Shown: positions 1 through 8,651 of the stretch, piece after piece
Layout: every line of letters starts with the position of its first letter
Position numbering within the stretch: position 1 is the stretch's first letter
Assembly (NCBI GenBank): GCA_045538295.1
Contig: JAZSRD010000058.1
Coordinates: forward strand, 1 to 59,446
DNA from: Eubacteriales bacterium
GTDB lineage: Bacteria; Bacillota; Clostridia; Oscillospirales; QAKW01
Direction: 5' to 3'
DNA: 59,446 nt
Made by a program: the position numbers and the translations under genes
The notes under the pieces: generated by a model
Told to the model about the DNA's origin: nothing
Database searches by the model: none
Seen by the model: the letters and a program-made list of their open reading frames with translations, nothing else

Positions 1-11
1 TGGCCTCCGAC

Positions 12-782
12 TTATGCAACACCGGTACCACAGTTATCACCCATGTTACCGAAAGCCATCATCTGTACGTTAACAGCGGTACCCCAGGAGTAGGGAATAT
101 CATTGTCACGTCTGTAAACGTTTGCACGGGGGTTATCCCAAGAACGGAACACTGCTTCCACAGCGCCCATCAGCTGCTCAACGGGATCGGAGGGGAAGTC
201 CTTACCGATCTTATTTTTGTACTCGGCCTTGAACTGCTCTGCCAGAACCTTCAGATCCTCGGCGGTCAGCTCAACGTCCTGGGTAACACCCTTTGCTTCC
301 TTCATCTCGTCGATGAGCTCTTCAAAGTATTTCTTACCCACTTCCATAACAACGTCGGAATACATCTGAATGAAACGACGGTAGCAGTCGTAAGCCCAGC
401 GGGCATTACCGGACATAGCAGCCATGGTTTCAACAACTTCTTCATTCAAGCCCAGGTTCAAAATGGTATCCATCATACCGGGCATGGAAGCACGGGCACC
501 GGAACGAACGGAAACCAGAAGAGGATTCTCTTTATCGCCGAACTTTTTGCCGGTGATCTCTTCCATCTTGGTGATGTTCTCAAGGATCTCTGCCTTGATG
601 TCATCGTTGATCTTGCGGCCGTCCTCATAATACTGAGTACAAGCCTCGGTGGATACGGTGAAGCCCTGGGGTACGGGAAGACCGATTGCGGTCATCTCTG
701 CCAGGTTTGCGCCCTTACCGCCGAGCAGCTCACGCATGGTAGCGTTGCCTTCTTTGAAAAGGTAAACAAACTTTTTGCTCAT
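12..782 (-). CDS. ppdK: pyruvate, phosphate dikinase, N-terminal nucleotide-binding portion only (256 aa; ORF closes 14 nt from window edge)
   Basis: MSKKFVYLFKEGNATMRELLGGKGANLAEMT, VSVRSGARASMPGMMDTILNLGLN and FRSWDNPRA are PPDK N-domain signatures. In-frame TAA at 12-14 directly follows GNMGDNCGTGVA, where PPDKs normally continue FTRNPSTGE. Confidence 0.8.
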   Translation of the reverse strand: MSKKFVYLFKEGNATMRELLGGKGANLAEMTAIGLPVPQGFTVSTEACTQYYEDGRKINDDIKAEILENITKMEEITGKKFGDKENPLLVSVRSGARASMPGMMDTILNLGLNEEVVETMAAMSGNARWAYDCYRRFIQMYSDVVMEVGKKYFEELIDEMKEAKGVTQDVELTAEDLKVLAEQFKAEYKNKIGKDFPSDPVEQLMGAVEAVFRSWDNPRANVYRRDNDIPYSWGTAVNVQMMAFGNMGDNCGTGVA

Positions 783-914
783 TTTTCTTTTCTCCTTTTA
801 TAATATTTTTTAAACAAATTCATTTGGAAATCTGCCCATTTGCAAATTTACCACCTAACATTATAACATAAGAATTTTATTAGTAAACCATTTTTTTCAA
901 AATATTTTAAGTTT

Positions 915-2384
915 TTACCCTATTTCCGGCAAGGAAAGGGCATCAAATCTCTCTAAAAAGGCATATAATCGCCGGGCAATTTCCTTGGCGCCGCCGGGTG
1001 TATCACTTTCCACGTTCATGGGGATCACCGGATCGTGGAGGGACATCCGCACCAAAAACCAGCCATCCCCCTGCTCCTTGCCGAAGTTCACCCGCACCCC
1101 TTCGTAGTTGGGGGACTCCAGCTCCCAGCCCTGCTCCTTGCAGTAATTTTCCAATTCTGTGAGCACACGGGCGCCGTAACCTTTAAAATCTTCTGCCTTA
1201 ATATCTGCCCGCAATTCCAAGGAATCTGCCGGCTCTGCCAAACCCTCGATCAGAGAGGTGAGGGGCTTGCCCTCTTTTTTCAACAACGCCAATTCTGCCA
1301 GCATCCGGGCTGCCAGGTAGGAGCCGTCGTCCAGGTAACGGTTCTCTTTTAAAGCCCCGTGCCCACTGGTTTCCATGGCAAGAGGGGCACAAACGCCGGT
1401 TTTTTCCAGGCGGATGGCTTCGTCGATCACCTTTTTATAGCCCCGCATAAACCGATGGTGCTTCCCGCCCCGCTCCTCGATAAATGCCGCCAGCCCTTTG
1501 GAGGTAACGGAATCGGTCACAATGGTACAGCCGGGGTGCTCCCGCAGCATCAGCGCCGCCGCCATGGCGATCATACGGTTGCGGTTGATCTCCATGCCAC
1601 TGCCGTCTACAATGGCAGAACGGTCACAGTCGGTATCAAAGCAGATGCCCATATCGGCACCGGCTTTTAAGGTAGCCTGGGCGCACGCCGCCATTGCCGC
1701 TTTGTTTTCCGGATTGGGAATATGGTTGGGGAAGGTGCCGTCCGGCTCCAGATACACAGAACCCGACGCATCGGCGCCCAAGGGCACCAGCACCTTATCC
1801 ACAAAGAATCCGCCGGCGCCGTTGCCTGCATCCACCGTTACCGAAACCCCCTCCAAGGGGCGTTCCTCGCCGGTTTTGCGCCGCACCAGATCCGTAAGGC
1901 TTTGGCTATAAGGGGTCATCAGATCAAATTCCAGAATCGGTCCTTGGGGACGGGCAGGGAAGAGGTCCTCCTCTGCCAGGCGGATCAGTTCACTTACGTC
2001 TTTTCCGTCGATACCGCCGTCTTTGGTAAAGAATTTCAGTCCGTTTTTATCGTAGGGGAGGTGGGAGGCAGTGATCTCGATGGCGCCATCGCAACTGCTT
2101 TCCTCGTGATAGGTGGAAAAAAACATAGAAGGAGTGGTGGCAAGCCCGCAATCCAGCACCTGGGCGCCCATGGACCGCAGCCCCCGCACCAAGCCCTCTT
2201 TTAAAGCCTCTCCGGAAAGGCGGGGATCCCGCCCCACCGCTACGGTTGGCGGCACCGCTGCCCCCTGCTTTTCCAAAAAGGCAACAAAGGCTTTGCCCAA
2301 AAGTTCTGCCCGCTCCGGGGTAAGGTTGGGTTTTTCTCCCAGGGCAGTGCCCCGAATATCTGTTCCGTTTTTCAGTGCGATCAT
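915..2384 (-). CDS. alpha-D-phosphohexomutase family protein (phosphoglucomutase/phosphomannomutase)
   Basis: 489-aa ORF. Phosphoserine loop TASHLPYDKNG, metal loop FDTDCDR, sugar loop METSGHG. 4-nt overlap with the upstream ORF. Confidence 0.85.
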   Translation of the reverse strand: MIALKNGTDIRGTALGEKPNLTPERAELLGKAFVAFLEKQGAAVPPTVAVGRDPRLSGEALKEGLVRGLRSMGAQVLDCGLATTPSMFFSTYHEESSCDGAIEITASHLPYDKNGLKFFTKDGGIDGKDVSELIRLAEEDLFPARPQGPILEFDLMTPYSQSLTDLVRRKTGEERPLEGVSVTVDAGNGAGGFFVDKVLVPLGADASGSVYLEPDGTFPNHIPNPENKAAMAACAQATLKAGADMGICFDTDCDRSAIVDGSGMEINRNRMIAMAAALMLREHPGCTIVTDSVTSKGLAAFIEERGGKHHRFMRGYKKVIDEAIRLEKTGVCAPLAMETSGHGALKENRYLDDGSYLAARMLAELALLKKEGKPLTSLIEGLAEPADSLELRADIKAEDFKGYGARVLTELENYCKEQGWELESPNYEGVRVNFGKEQGDGWFLVRMSLHDPVIPMNVESDTPGGAKEIARRLYAFLERFDALSLPEIG

Positions 2385-3916
2385 TTCTTTAACTCCGTTT
2401 CTTTGGTGATCAGTTTGGTTATATCGCCGTAAAGCGCCCAGGTGCCGGCGGCTTGGAATTTTCCAATATCCGACGCCACAAAAAGTACCCCCCGCCGATA
2501 TGCCAACGGCAGAATGGGAGTGTACCGATCAAATACCTTTGCAAAATCGGTAAGACTCTTTTCCCCTGCCCGGTACCCGGCAGCAGCAGCCTCCAGTTTT
2601 TCAAACTGCACGCCGCTGTAGTTCACAGCGCTTCCGGCGGCAAAAAGGGTGGTGTTCAATGTTCTGCCGGTTTTTATCTCGCCCAGGTAAAGGGTATATT
2701 CCCCCGCCTGCAAGCGGGCGTTATAATCGGCACGGGGTACCGCTTCTATTTGGATCTTCACCCCCGACAGAGCAAGGCTTTCTGCCACCGCCTGCGCCAC
2801 ATCCCGGTGTACCTCGCTGCCCTCTGCCACCAGTAGCGGGAAGGTGAGTTGATTGCCCTCTTGGTCCAGCAGTTTATCTTCGGTAAGGTTCAGTTTCAGC
2901 TTGGCGGCGGCTTGCTTTTTCTCCAGGGCATCCGCCCAATTTTTCTCCTGCTCCAGCCCCTCGGCTTTATACCAGGCAGGCTGGAACGGGTAAGCCGTTG
3001 CCTCTGCCTGGTCCAGCAATACGTTTTTCACCAGCTTTTCCCGGCTGATCAGGTCGTTTAAAAAACCACGCAGTTTTGCATCTGCCAAAGGACCCTCCCG
3101 GCAGTTGACCCCTAAATATAAAAGGTTATCTCCCGCATAGGTCTGCACCTGGTAGTTTTTGCCTCCGGAGAACACCAAATCGCTCTCTGCCGTGGCAAAA
3201 TATACGTCTAAAAGCCCCACGGAAAACAAATTTTTGCGCTCTTTTTCGTTGGCGGGCTTTTTCAGATAGATCATGGCAATTCCCGGCTGCACAAAATAGT
3301 TGGCATTGGGCACCAGCACCCGCTCACCCCCGGAAACGGAAAACTGATAAGGACCGCAGCCCCCATCTCCGTTTTTTTGCTTAATGGGAATATCCAGGCA
3401 ATTCACAAAATCTGCATCCGGCTCTTTCAGGGTGATGGAAAGGGTGCGCTCATCCACCGCCGCATAGGTTTTCACATTACTCAGCCGCTTGTGATAGGGG
3501 GAGGTGGGGGTATTGCGTACCGTATAAAAGCTGGATGCCACATCCCCGGCGGTAACCGCCGTGCCGTCGCTGAATTTCAGATCCTTTTTCAACACCACTG
3601 TTACTTGGGTGCCCTTATTTTCTACACGCTCTGCCAGCACATAGTTTGCCTCTAATTTACCGTTCAGGCGAACAAGCGGACTATACACCAATTTAAGCAG
3701 CTCGTGGTTTTCACTGTTGGTGGTGGTGAGGGGGTTGATGTCCATATCCTCATAAAAGATCATGGAGATATAATGACGGGCGGGTACGGTTTGCATCTCC
3801 TCTTCACCCGTATTGCTATAGGCACCCAGTTGATCCTTCGGCTGATCAACTTCCACACCCTCACAGCCGGAAAGGAGCAGCAATGCCGCTATAAGCCATA
3901 AAATAATTCGTTTCAT
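2381..3916 (-). CDS. ABC-type solute-binding lipoprotein, family 5 (peptide/nickel type)-like
   Basis: Lipoprotein signal LLLLSGCEG. 511 aa, typical length and composition for family-5 SBPs. No adjacent permease genes. Overlaps neighbours by 4 nt, suggesting an operon. Confidence 0.65.
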   Translation of the reverse strand: MKRIILWLIAALLLLSGCEGVEVDQPKDQLGAYSNTGEEEMQTVPARHYISMIFYEDMDINPLTTTNSENHELLKLVYSPLVRLNGKLEANYVLAERVENKGTQVTVVLKKDLKFSDGTAVTAGDVASSFYTVRNTPTSPYHKRLSNVKTYAAVDERTLSITLKEPDADFVNCLDIPIKQKNGDGGCGPYQFSVSGGERVLVPNANYFVQPGIAMIYLKKPANEKERKNLFSVGLLDVYFATAESDLVFSGGKNYQVQTYAGDNLLYLGVNCREGPLADAKLRGFLNDLISREKLVKNVLLDQAEATAYPFQPAWYKAEGLEQEKNWADALEKKQAAAKLKLNLTEDKLLDQEGNQLTFPLLVAEGSEVHRDVAQAVAESLALSGVKIQIEAVPRADYNARLQAGEYTLYLGEIKTGRTLNTTLFAAGSAVNYSGVQFEKLEAAAAGYRAGEKSLTDFAKVFDRYTPILPLAYRRGVLFVASDIGKFQAAGTWALYGDITKLITKETELKK

Positions 3917-4722
3917 ACTTCCTCCATGGAGATCGCCGCAATCAGGTTTCCACGGCGTCCTTTTGTATACCGATGGGAATAAAAGTCCTTATTATTACAG
4001 AATGTACAAATTTTTGCCGTAAAAATGTGGGAATTTTCCACGCCGGCACCCTGCAACACCAGCCGATTTGCCTGCCACAGATCCACCATGGTGTGCCCCT
4101 CTCGGCCGGAAGCCACCACCGGCAGTTCCCCGCCAAAGCGGGCGGTAAACGCCTCCTGCACCTCGGCGCCCACCTCAAAACAGCAGGGCCCGATGGAGGG
4201 ACCGATAGCAGCAAGTATATTTTCTGCCTTGGCACCGGCGGCAATCATCTGCTCCACCACCTTTGCGGCAATCTCCTGCACCGTGCCCCGCCAGCCGGCG
4301 TGCACGGCGGCAATGGCACCGCTTTGAGGATCTGCCAATAAAAGGGGCACACAATCTGCCGTGAAGCACACAAGACCCACACCGGGGGTTTTTGTTACCA
4401 GGCCGTCGGTTTCCCGCAGATCCCGGCACCGCCCTTTGTTTTTAAAGGCTTCATCCACAGTGACCACATGGTTGGTGTGGGTCTGATGGGTAAGCACCAG
4501 GCTTTCAAAGGGCAATCCGTTGGCGGCAGAAAAGCGGCGGAAGTTTTCGTCTACGATCGCTTCCTCTTCTTTATTGTAGGAAAAGCTCATGGAGGCAAGA
4601 TACCCCTGGCTCACCCCGCCGTGGCGGGTGGAAAAGCCATGGCGCAAACCCGGGATCCCCTCGAACGCTCGGCATTTTAAGGTGATCACACCGTTTTTCT
4701 CTTGCAGGTAAAAATCCTTCAT
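3913..4722 (-). CDS. pgeF: peptidoglycan editing factor PgeF / YfiH (DUF152, polyphenol oxidase-like)
   Basis: HQTHTNHV, FTADCVPLLL and VHAGWRGT motifs of the YfiH family. Confidence 0.85.
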   Translation of the reverse strand: MKDFYLQEKNGVITLKCRAFEGIPGLRHGFSTRHGGVSQGYLASMSFSYNKEEEAIVDENFRRFSAANGLPFESLVLTHQTHTNHVVTVDEAFKNKGRCRDLRETDGLVTKTPGVGLVCFTADCVPLLLADPQSGAIAAVHAGWRGTVQEIAAKVVEQMIAAGAKAENILAAIGPSIGPCCFEVGAEVQEAFTARFGGELPVVASGREGHTMVDLWQANRLVLQGAGVENSHIFTAKICTFCNNKDFYSHRYTKGRRGNLIAAISMEEV

Positions 4723-4789
4723 GCATCCTCCACTACTTCATAAATTGACATTTAATTATTATACTATACTTTTCTCCCCGAGGCAATAG

Positions 4790-6562
4790 TTAAGAAATAA
4801 GCGGTTGATCGGTATAATTCGTGAGCCCCTCCCGAAAGGCGCCGGTGGTTTCCGGGGTTTCGTCCAGCCAATAGGGGCGTGCCACATTCCCCTGTGCATC
4901 CCAATCGGCAGAGCTGAACCACACCGCTATTTTAATGTTGGAATACTTCCCGATGTGCCGGAACATATTTTCGATCCATGCCGCCTTATCTCCGCCAATA
5001 CTGCTGGACGAAAACTCGGTAATGATCCAAGGAAATTCTCCGTATGTTCCCTGATACAATTCTTGAATATGATCGTAGATCACATCGAATTCCCGCCATT
5101 CCTCTGCCCACTGGGTATAATAGGTGCCATTATTATAGCCGGTTACCCCGATCATCTGGGCGTATTCGTTACCCGGATAGTAGACAACGGAATCGTTCCA
5201 ACGGTTGGGGGGTGCATTGCGGTCGTTGGGATTATAGATCCAAATGCAGTTATCAACGCCCTCTTCTTGGAAAATGCGATAGATCGTGCGCCAATTTTCC
5301 ACAAAGATGCCGGGATCTGCCATGTTGACCACCCCGCCGTAGCTGGTCCAATCGCTGTTCATTTCGTTGCAGGGGCGGAACAAAAAGGGATGCCCGAATT
5401 CCTTGGCACGGCGGGCAAACCTACGCACCGTTTCTTCGTTGAGCCCCCGATAAAGATCTAATGCCGGGCTGTAGCCAAACATATCCTCGTTGTTGTTTTC
5501 GGTGAGCTGATAAGTAAGCTCCACCAGCCGCCCCTTCTCCCAGTTGGCATTCATAAATTCCAGGGGGAACTCTTCAATGGAGTGCACATAGGAGAGCACC
5601 ACCGGGAACTGATAATCCAATTTTTCCTCCAAAGCGGGTATGGTTTCCTGCATACCGGTTTTGGTTACGTCGGTGGTATAGATGCCCCAGCGCAGATCTC
5701 CCTTTACAATGTTTTGGTACACCCGCTTGGTTTCTGCAGACCAATTTTCCGGCAGAACGGGGGAAAAATCGGTGCTGTTATGGAGTTCTCCCCGCTGTGC
5801 AACCGGGCTGAAGGATGCCAGCAGGTTGGGCAAAAAGGCAGGCACCGCCTTATCTTCAGCAGAATATTTTGCCACCACCCTTAAGAACTGTTGGTTTTCC
5901 ACGCAAATATAAAGGTAACTGTAGCCGTTGTACCGCTCTGCCGCCATTTCGTTGATCACCGCATCAAAGCGATACGCCTTATATCCGGCGGCATCTAAAA
6001 TTTCCGGCTCACTCACCGTTACACGGTTGTTTTTTTGCCAGGTTTCGCTCAAAAGAAAGCGGCTTTGGTAATACCCAATATATTGATCCAGGCCGGTTTC
6101 ATAGGAAAACTGCGGGGCATAGCGAGCAAGCCCCCGGGTCATTTCCGGGTGGGGCGCAGCATAAGGGCAATGCTCCATGGACACTGCAAATTCATAGCCC
6201 TCTCCATATCCCTTTACCACCGCTTCGCTTAAGGTAAAATCAAATTCCGTGCCGGCAGGGAAGTCCAGCCGGTATCCTTCGGCAAAATTCACCAGCCGGG
6301 CAACCTCCCGGCTGTGGCAAACCTGCTTTACATCTGCGGTTGGCTCCTTGCTATCCTGAGTGGATTCCTTTCCGTTCACATAATAAACGGTGTGGTACAC
6401 CCCCTCCGGGCCTTCGCCTGCGCTCCCCGGAGCAACGCCGAAAATACGTTGGATTTCTCTTTGTATTATATTGGTAGATAACAGTGCTGTTAGCAACGCC
6501 GCGCCGGCAAGAATGCCGGCGAAATACCGAACTGTTTTTCTAAATCTGTTCTTCATTTTCAT
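4790..6562 (-). CDS. membrane-anchored glycoside hydrolase-like protein (GH26-like C-terminal domain, tentative)
   Basis: N-terminal TM anchor (FAGILAGAALLTALL). FLFRPCNEMNSDW resembles the RPxHEMNGxW acid/base motif of GH26-type enzymes. Confidence 0.5.
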   Translation of the reverse strand: MKMKNRFRKTVRYFAGILAGAALLTALLSTNIIQREIQRIFGVAPGSAGEGPEGVYHTVYYVNGKESTQDSKEPTADVKQVCHSREVARLVNFAEGYRLDFPAGTEFDFTLSEAVVKGYGEGYEFAVSMEHCPYAAPHPEMTRGLARYAPQFSYETGLDQYIGYYQSRFLLSETWQKNNRVTVSEPEILDAAGYKAYRFDAVINEMAAERYNGYSYLYICVENQQFLRVVAKYSAEDKAVPAFLPNLLASFSPVAQRGELHNSTDFSPVLPENWSAETKRVYQNIVKGDLRWGIYTTDVTKTGMQETIPALEEKLDYQFPVVLSYVHSIEEFPLEFMNANWEKGRLVELTYQLTENNNEDMFGYSPALDLYRGLNEETVRRFARRAKEFGHPFLFRPCNEMNSDWTSYGGVVNMADPGIFVENWRTIYRIFQEEGVDNCIWIYNPNDRNAPPNRWNDSVVYYPGNEYAQMIGVTGYNNGTYYTQWAEEWREFDVIYDHIQELYQGTYGEFPWIITEFSSSSIGGDKAAWIENMFRHIGKYSNIKIAVWFSSADWDAQGNVARPYWLDETPETTGAFREGLTNYTDQPLIS

Positions 6563-6621
6563 CCTCCCGTGAGTCTTCTTTCATAGTAGCACACTCCAAG
6601 AAAAAATGCAACAAAGCAGGG

Positions 6622-6650
6622 TTGCAAAATTCCTACATTTTATTTATAAT
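6622..6650 (+). promoter_or_regulatory. sigma-A type promoter (TTGCAA-17-TATAAT)
   Basis: TTGCAA at 6622-6627, 17-nt spacer, TATAAT at 6645-6650. About 45 nt upstream of the 6695 ATG with AAAGGAGAG RBS. Confidence 0.55.
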
Positions 6651-6694
6651 AAGGGCAAGAACAAAAAAGTCCTCATAAAGGAGAGATATATTCT

Positions 6695-7222
6695 ATGCAA
6701 AAGTTCCCCCGTTATGCCCGCACTGCCATAATTGTGGCGGCGGTTGCGGTAATATTTTTAGTTTCTTATTTTGTGATCTCCGCCCTATGGAAAGAGGAGG
6801 AGCCCCCCTGCGCCCCGGACATTACCGGTGTAACTGCCAACGGCAAAACATTATACTCCCTTTCCGATAACTATGGCGCCAACGGAAAAGGCACCGTGTT
6901 GGTCTTTTTTAACCATGATACCGGCAAAGCCATTGAACTGATGCAACAACTTTCCGACATCGCCCCCCAATATGATGTGGATGTGATTGCCGTTGCCACC
7001 GGCAAGGGCTCTATAAAGGAACAGATCGCCATTATGGAGAAAAACCATATTACCCTGTTTCCCCACACGCTTTTTGATCTGGACGGCGCCATTGCCGAGA
7101 TCTACAACGTAAAGGGCACCCCCATCACATATTTTATCGACAAAAACGGCTTGATTCAAGAAGCCTTTGTGGCATCCATCAGCGAAAAATCCTTGCACAA
7201 ATGGCTAAAAGAGATCCAGTAA
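6695..7222 (+). CDS. membrane-anchored thioredoxin-fold (TlpA/ResA-like) protein lacking the CxxC motif
   Basis: N-terminal TM helix. Redoxin-like core VLVFFNHDTGKAIELM...GTPITYFIDKNG. The position of WCxxC reads NHDTGK. Confidence 0.6.
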   Translation: MQKFPRYARTAIIVAAVAVIFLVSYFVISALWKEEEPPCAPDITGVTANGKTLYSLSDNYGANGKGTVLVFFNHDTGKAIELMQQLSDIAPQYDVDVIAVATGKGSIKEQIAIMEKNHITLFPHTLFDLDGAIAEIYNVKGTPITYFIDKNGLIQEAFVASISEKSLHKWLKEIQ

Positions 7223-7257
7223 GCCCCATAAAAGCATCGCCCTATTTCGAGTGTTTT

Positions 7258-7295
7258 AAAACCCCTTGTCAGATTATGACGAGGGGTTTTTCTTG
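7258..7295 (+). terminator. rho-independent terminator
   Basis: AAAACCCCTTGTCA-GATTA-TGACGAGGGGTTTT followed by a T run. Confidence 0.7.
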
Positions 7296-7348
7296 CTTTT
7301 AGCCCAAAAAAACCTTAAACTTAAATCACACGAGGGGAGGGACAAGCC

Positions 7349-8146
7349 GTGGCAAAAAACCGCACCAAACAAAAAGACGGCCTGCAATGGCTGCCGGTCA
7401 CAAAAATATTACCGGCGCCTCACCAGCCCCGCACCCTTTTTAGGGAAGAGGGGCTGCAAGAACTTTCCCAAAGCATTGCTGCCCACGGGATCCTGCAACC
7501 TCTGGTAGTGGTGGAGGAGGGGGAACACTTTCGGCTGATCGCCGGGGAACGGCGGTTGCGTGCCGCCAAAATGGCGGGATTGCAAAGCGTGCCTTGCGTG
7601 CTTACCGAAAAAACTCCCGCCGAGGCGGCAAAGCTTTCCCTTATTGAAAATCTCCAGCGGGAAAATCTCTCTTTTTTTGAAGAAGCCGCCGCCTACCGCC
7701 GACTGATGGAGGATTTTAATCTTTCCCAGGCAGAGATCGCTCGGGAGATGAGCAAGGACCCCTCCACCATTGCCAATAAGCTGCGGTTACTCAAGCTTCC
7801 CATCAGCGCACAGATCCTCATCAACAAAAACGGCCTCACCGAGCGCCACGCCCGTGCACTGTTGCGGATCGACGACCAGGATCAGCTGATGGATCTATTG
7901 GAAAGGGTGATCGATGAAGCGTTGAACGTAAAAGAAACCGATGCGCTGATCGCTCAAACTCTAACCCCCAAGCAGAAAAAGCAACGCCCCCGCAAGGTGG
8001 GTTGCATCAAAGATATTCGCCTTTGCATCAACACCTTAAATCACACAGTGGCAACCCTGAAACAAGCAGGAATTAAACCGCAAACTCAGATCATCGATGA
8101 GGAGGGGTTTGTGGAATACATTATTCGCATAAACAAACACGGATGA
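7349..8146 (+). CDS. ParB/Noc-family protein (noc-like paralogue upstream of parA)
   Basis: GTG start. ParB N-domain with IAGERRLRAAKMAG (GERR CTP-binding box), LIENLQRENL and an HTH region. Gene order parB-like, parA, parB as in noc-soj-spo0J. Confidence 0.8.
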   Translation: MAKNRTKQKDGLQWLPVTKILPAPHQPRTLFREEGLQELSQSIAAHGILQPLVVVEEGEHFRLIAGERRLRAAKMAGLQSVPCVLTEKTPAEAAKLSLIENLQRENLSFFEEAAAYRRLMEDFNLSQAEIAREMSKDPSTIANKLRLLKLPISAQILINKNGLTERHARALLRIDDQDQLMDLLERVIDEALNVKETDALIAQTLTPKQKKQRPRKVGCIKDIRLCINTLNHTVATLKQAGIKPQTQIIDEEGFVEYIIRINKHG

Positions 8147-8238
8147 CCCGTGTTTGCTTATAAACATCCTAATCCCCTATATGCAAACAGAGAGTATACT
8201 TCCCCGGTATACTCTCTGTTTGTGTTAGGGACAAAAAA

Positions 8239-8450
8239 GACACAGAACGCAGAAAAAAGGTGTCCTGTTGTGACTGATGCCAATAATTATAGTTTGAACC
8301 AAGAGGACGGTTTCTACTCTTTCTCCTTGGTTTTAATTAAGGAAAAACTCGGCAAAGCCGAGTTTTTATTTAAATTTTCTGCTTTCCGTCGAAATGACCT
8401 CTCGGCGTATCACATACGCCTTCGGATCATTTCAACGAAATCTGCATTCT
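8239..8450 (+). repeat. family-1 four-hairpin composite repeat, single unit
   Basis: H1 8239-8265 (loop CGCAGAAAA), H2 8297-8332, H3 8344-8366 (AAAACTCGGC-AAA-GCCGAGTTTT), H4 8379-8447 (apex GGCGTAT-CAC-ATACGCC). Collinear with the units at 13648 and 28024-28481. Confidence 0.75.
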
Positions 8451-8513
8451 TTTTTGACCCTAACAAGGATCTAATCAGCAAAAGACGCAGAACGCAGAAA
8501 AACATATAATAAA

Positions 8514-8529
8514 TGTTTCACGTGAAACA
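8514..8529. promoter_or_regulatory. parS: parS centromere site (perfect 16-bp palindrome TGTTTCACGTGAAACA)
   Basis: Matches the Firmicutes parS consensus TGTTNCACGTGAAACA exactly. Confidence 0.85.
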
Positions 8530-8552
8530 TTATTTTTCAAAACCGCCCCGGT

Positions 8553-8568
8553 TGTTTCACGTGAAACA
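8553..8568. promoter_or_regulatory. parS: parS centromere site, second copy (TGTTTCACGTGAAACA)
   Basis: Identical 16-mer, starting 39 nt downstream of the first site's start, immediately upstream of parA. Confidence 0.85.
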
Positions 8569-8651
8569 AATTAAATTTGAGAAACCTCTTTTATTTTACG
8601 GTGCAGTGTGGTACAATAAGCAGTAAGAATAAAAGAAAGAAGATTTTACAC

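Noticed and set aside
8150-8509. 119-aa ORF in the noc-parA spacer, and similar ORFs at 14092-14340, 14213-14464, 24852-25175 and 27980-28213.
   Set aside because: They lie entirely in repeat DNA. The shared peptide words (e.g. AYVDTP) are just translations of the GGCGTATGTCGATACGCC palindrome. There are no RBSs and the frames are not conserved between repeat copies.
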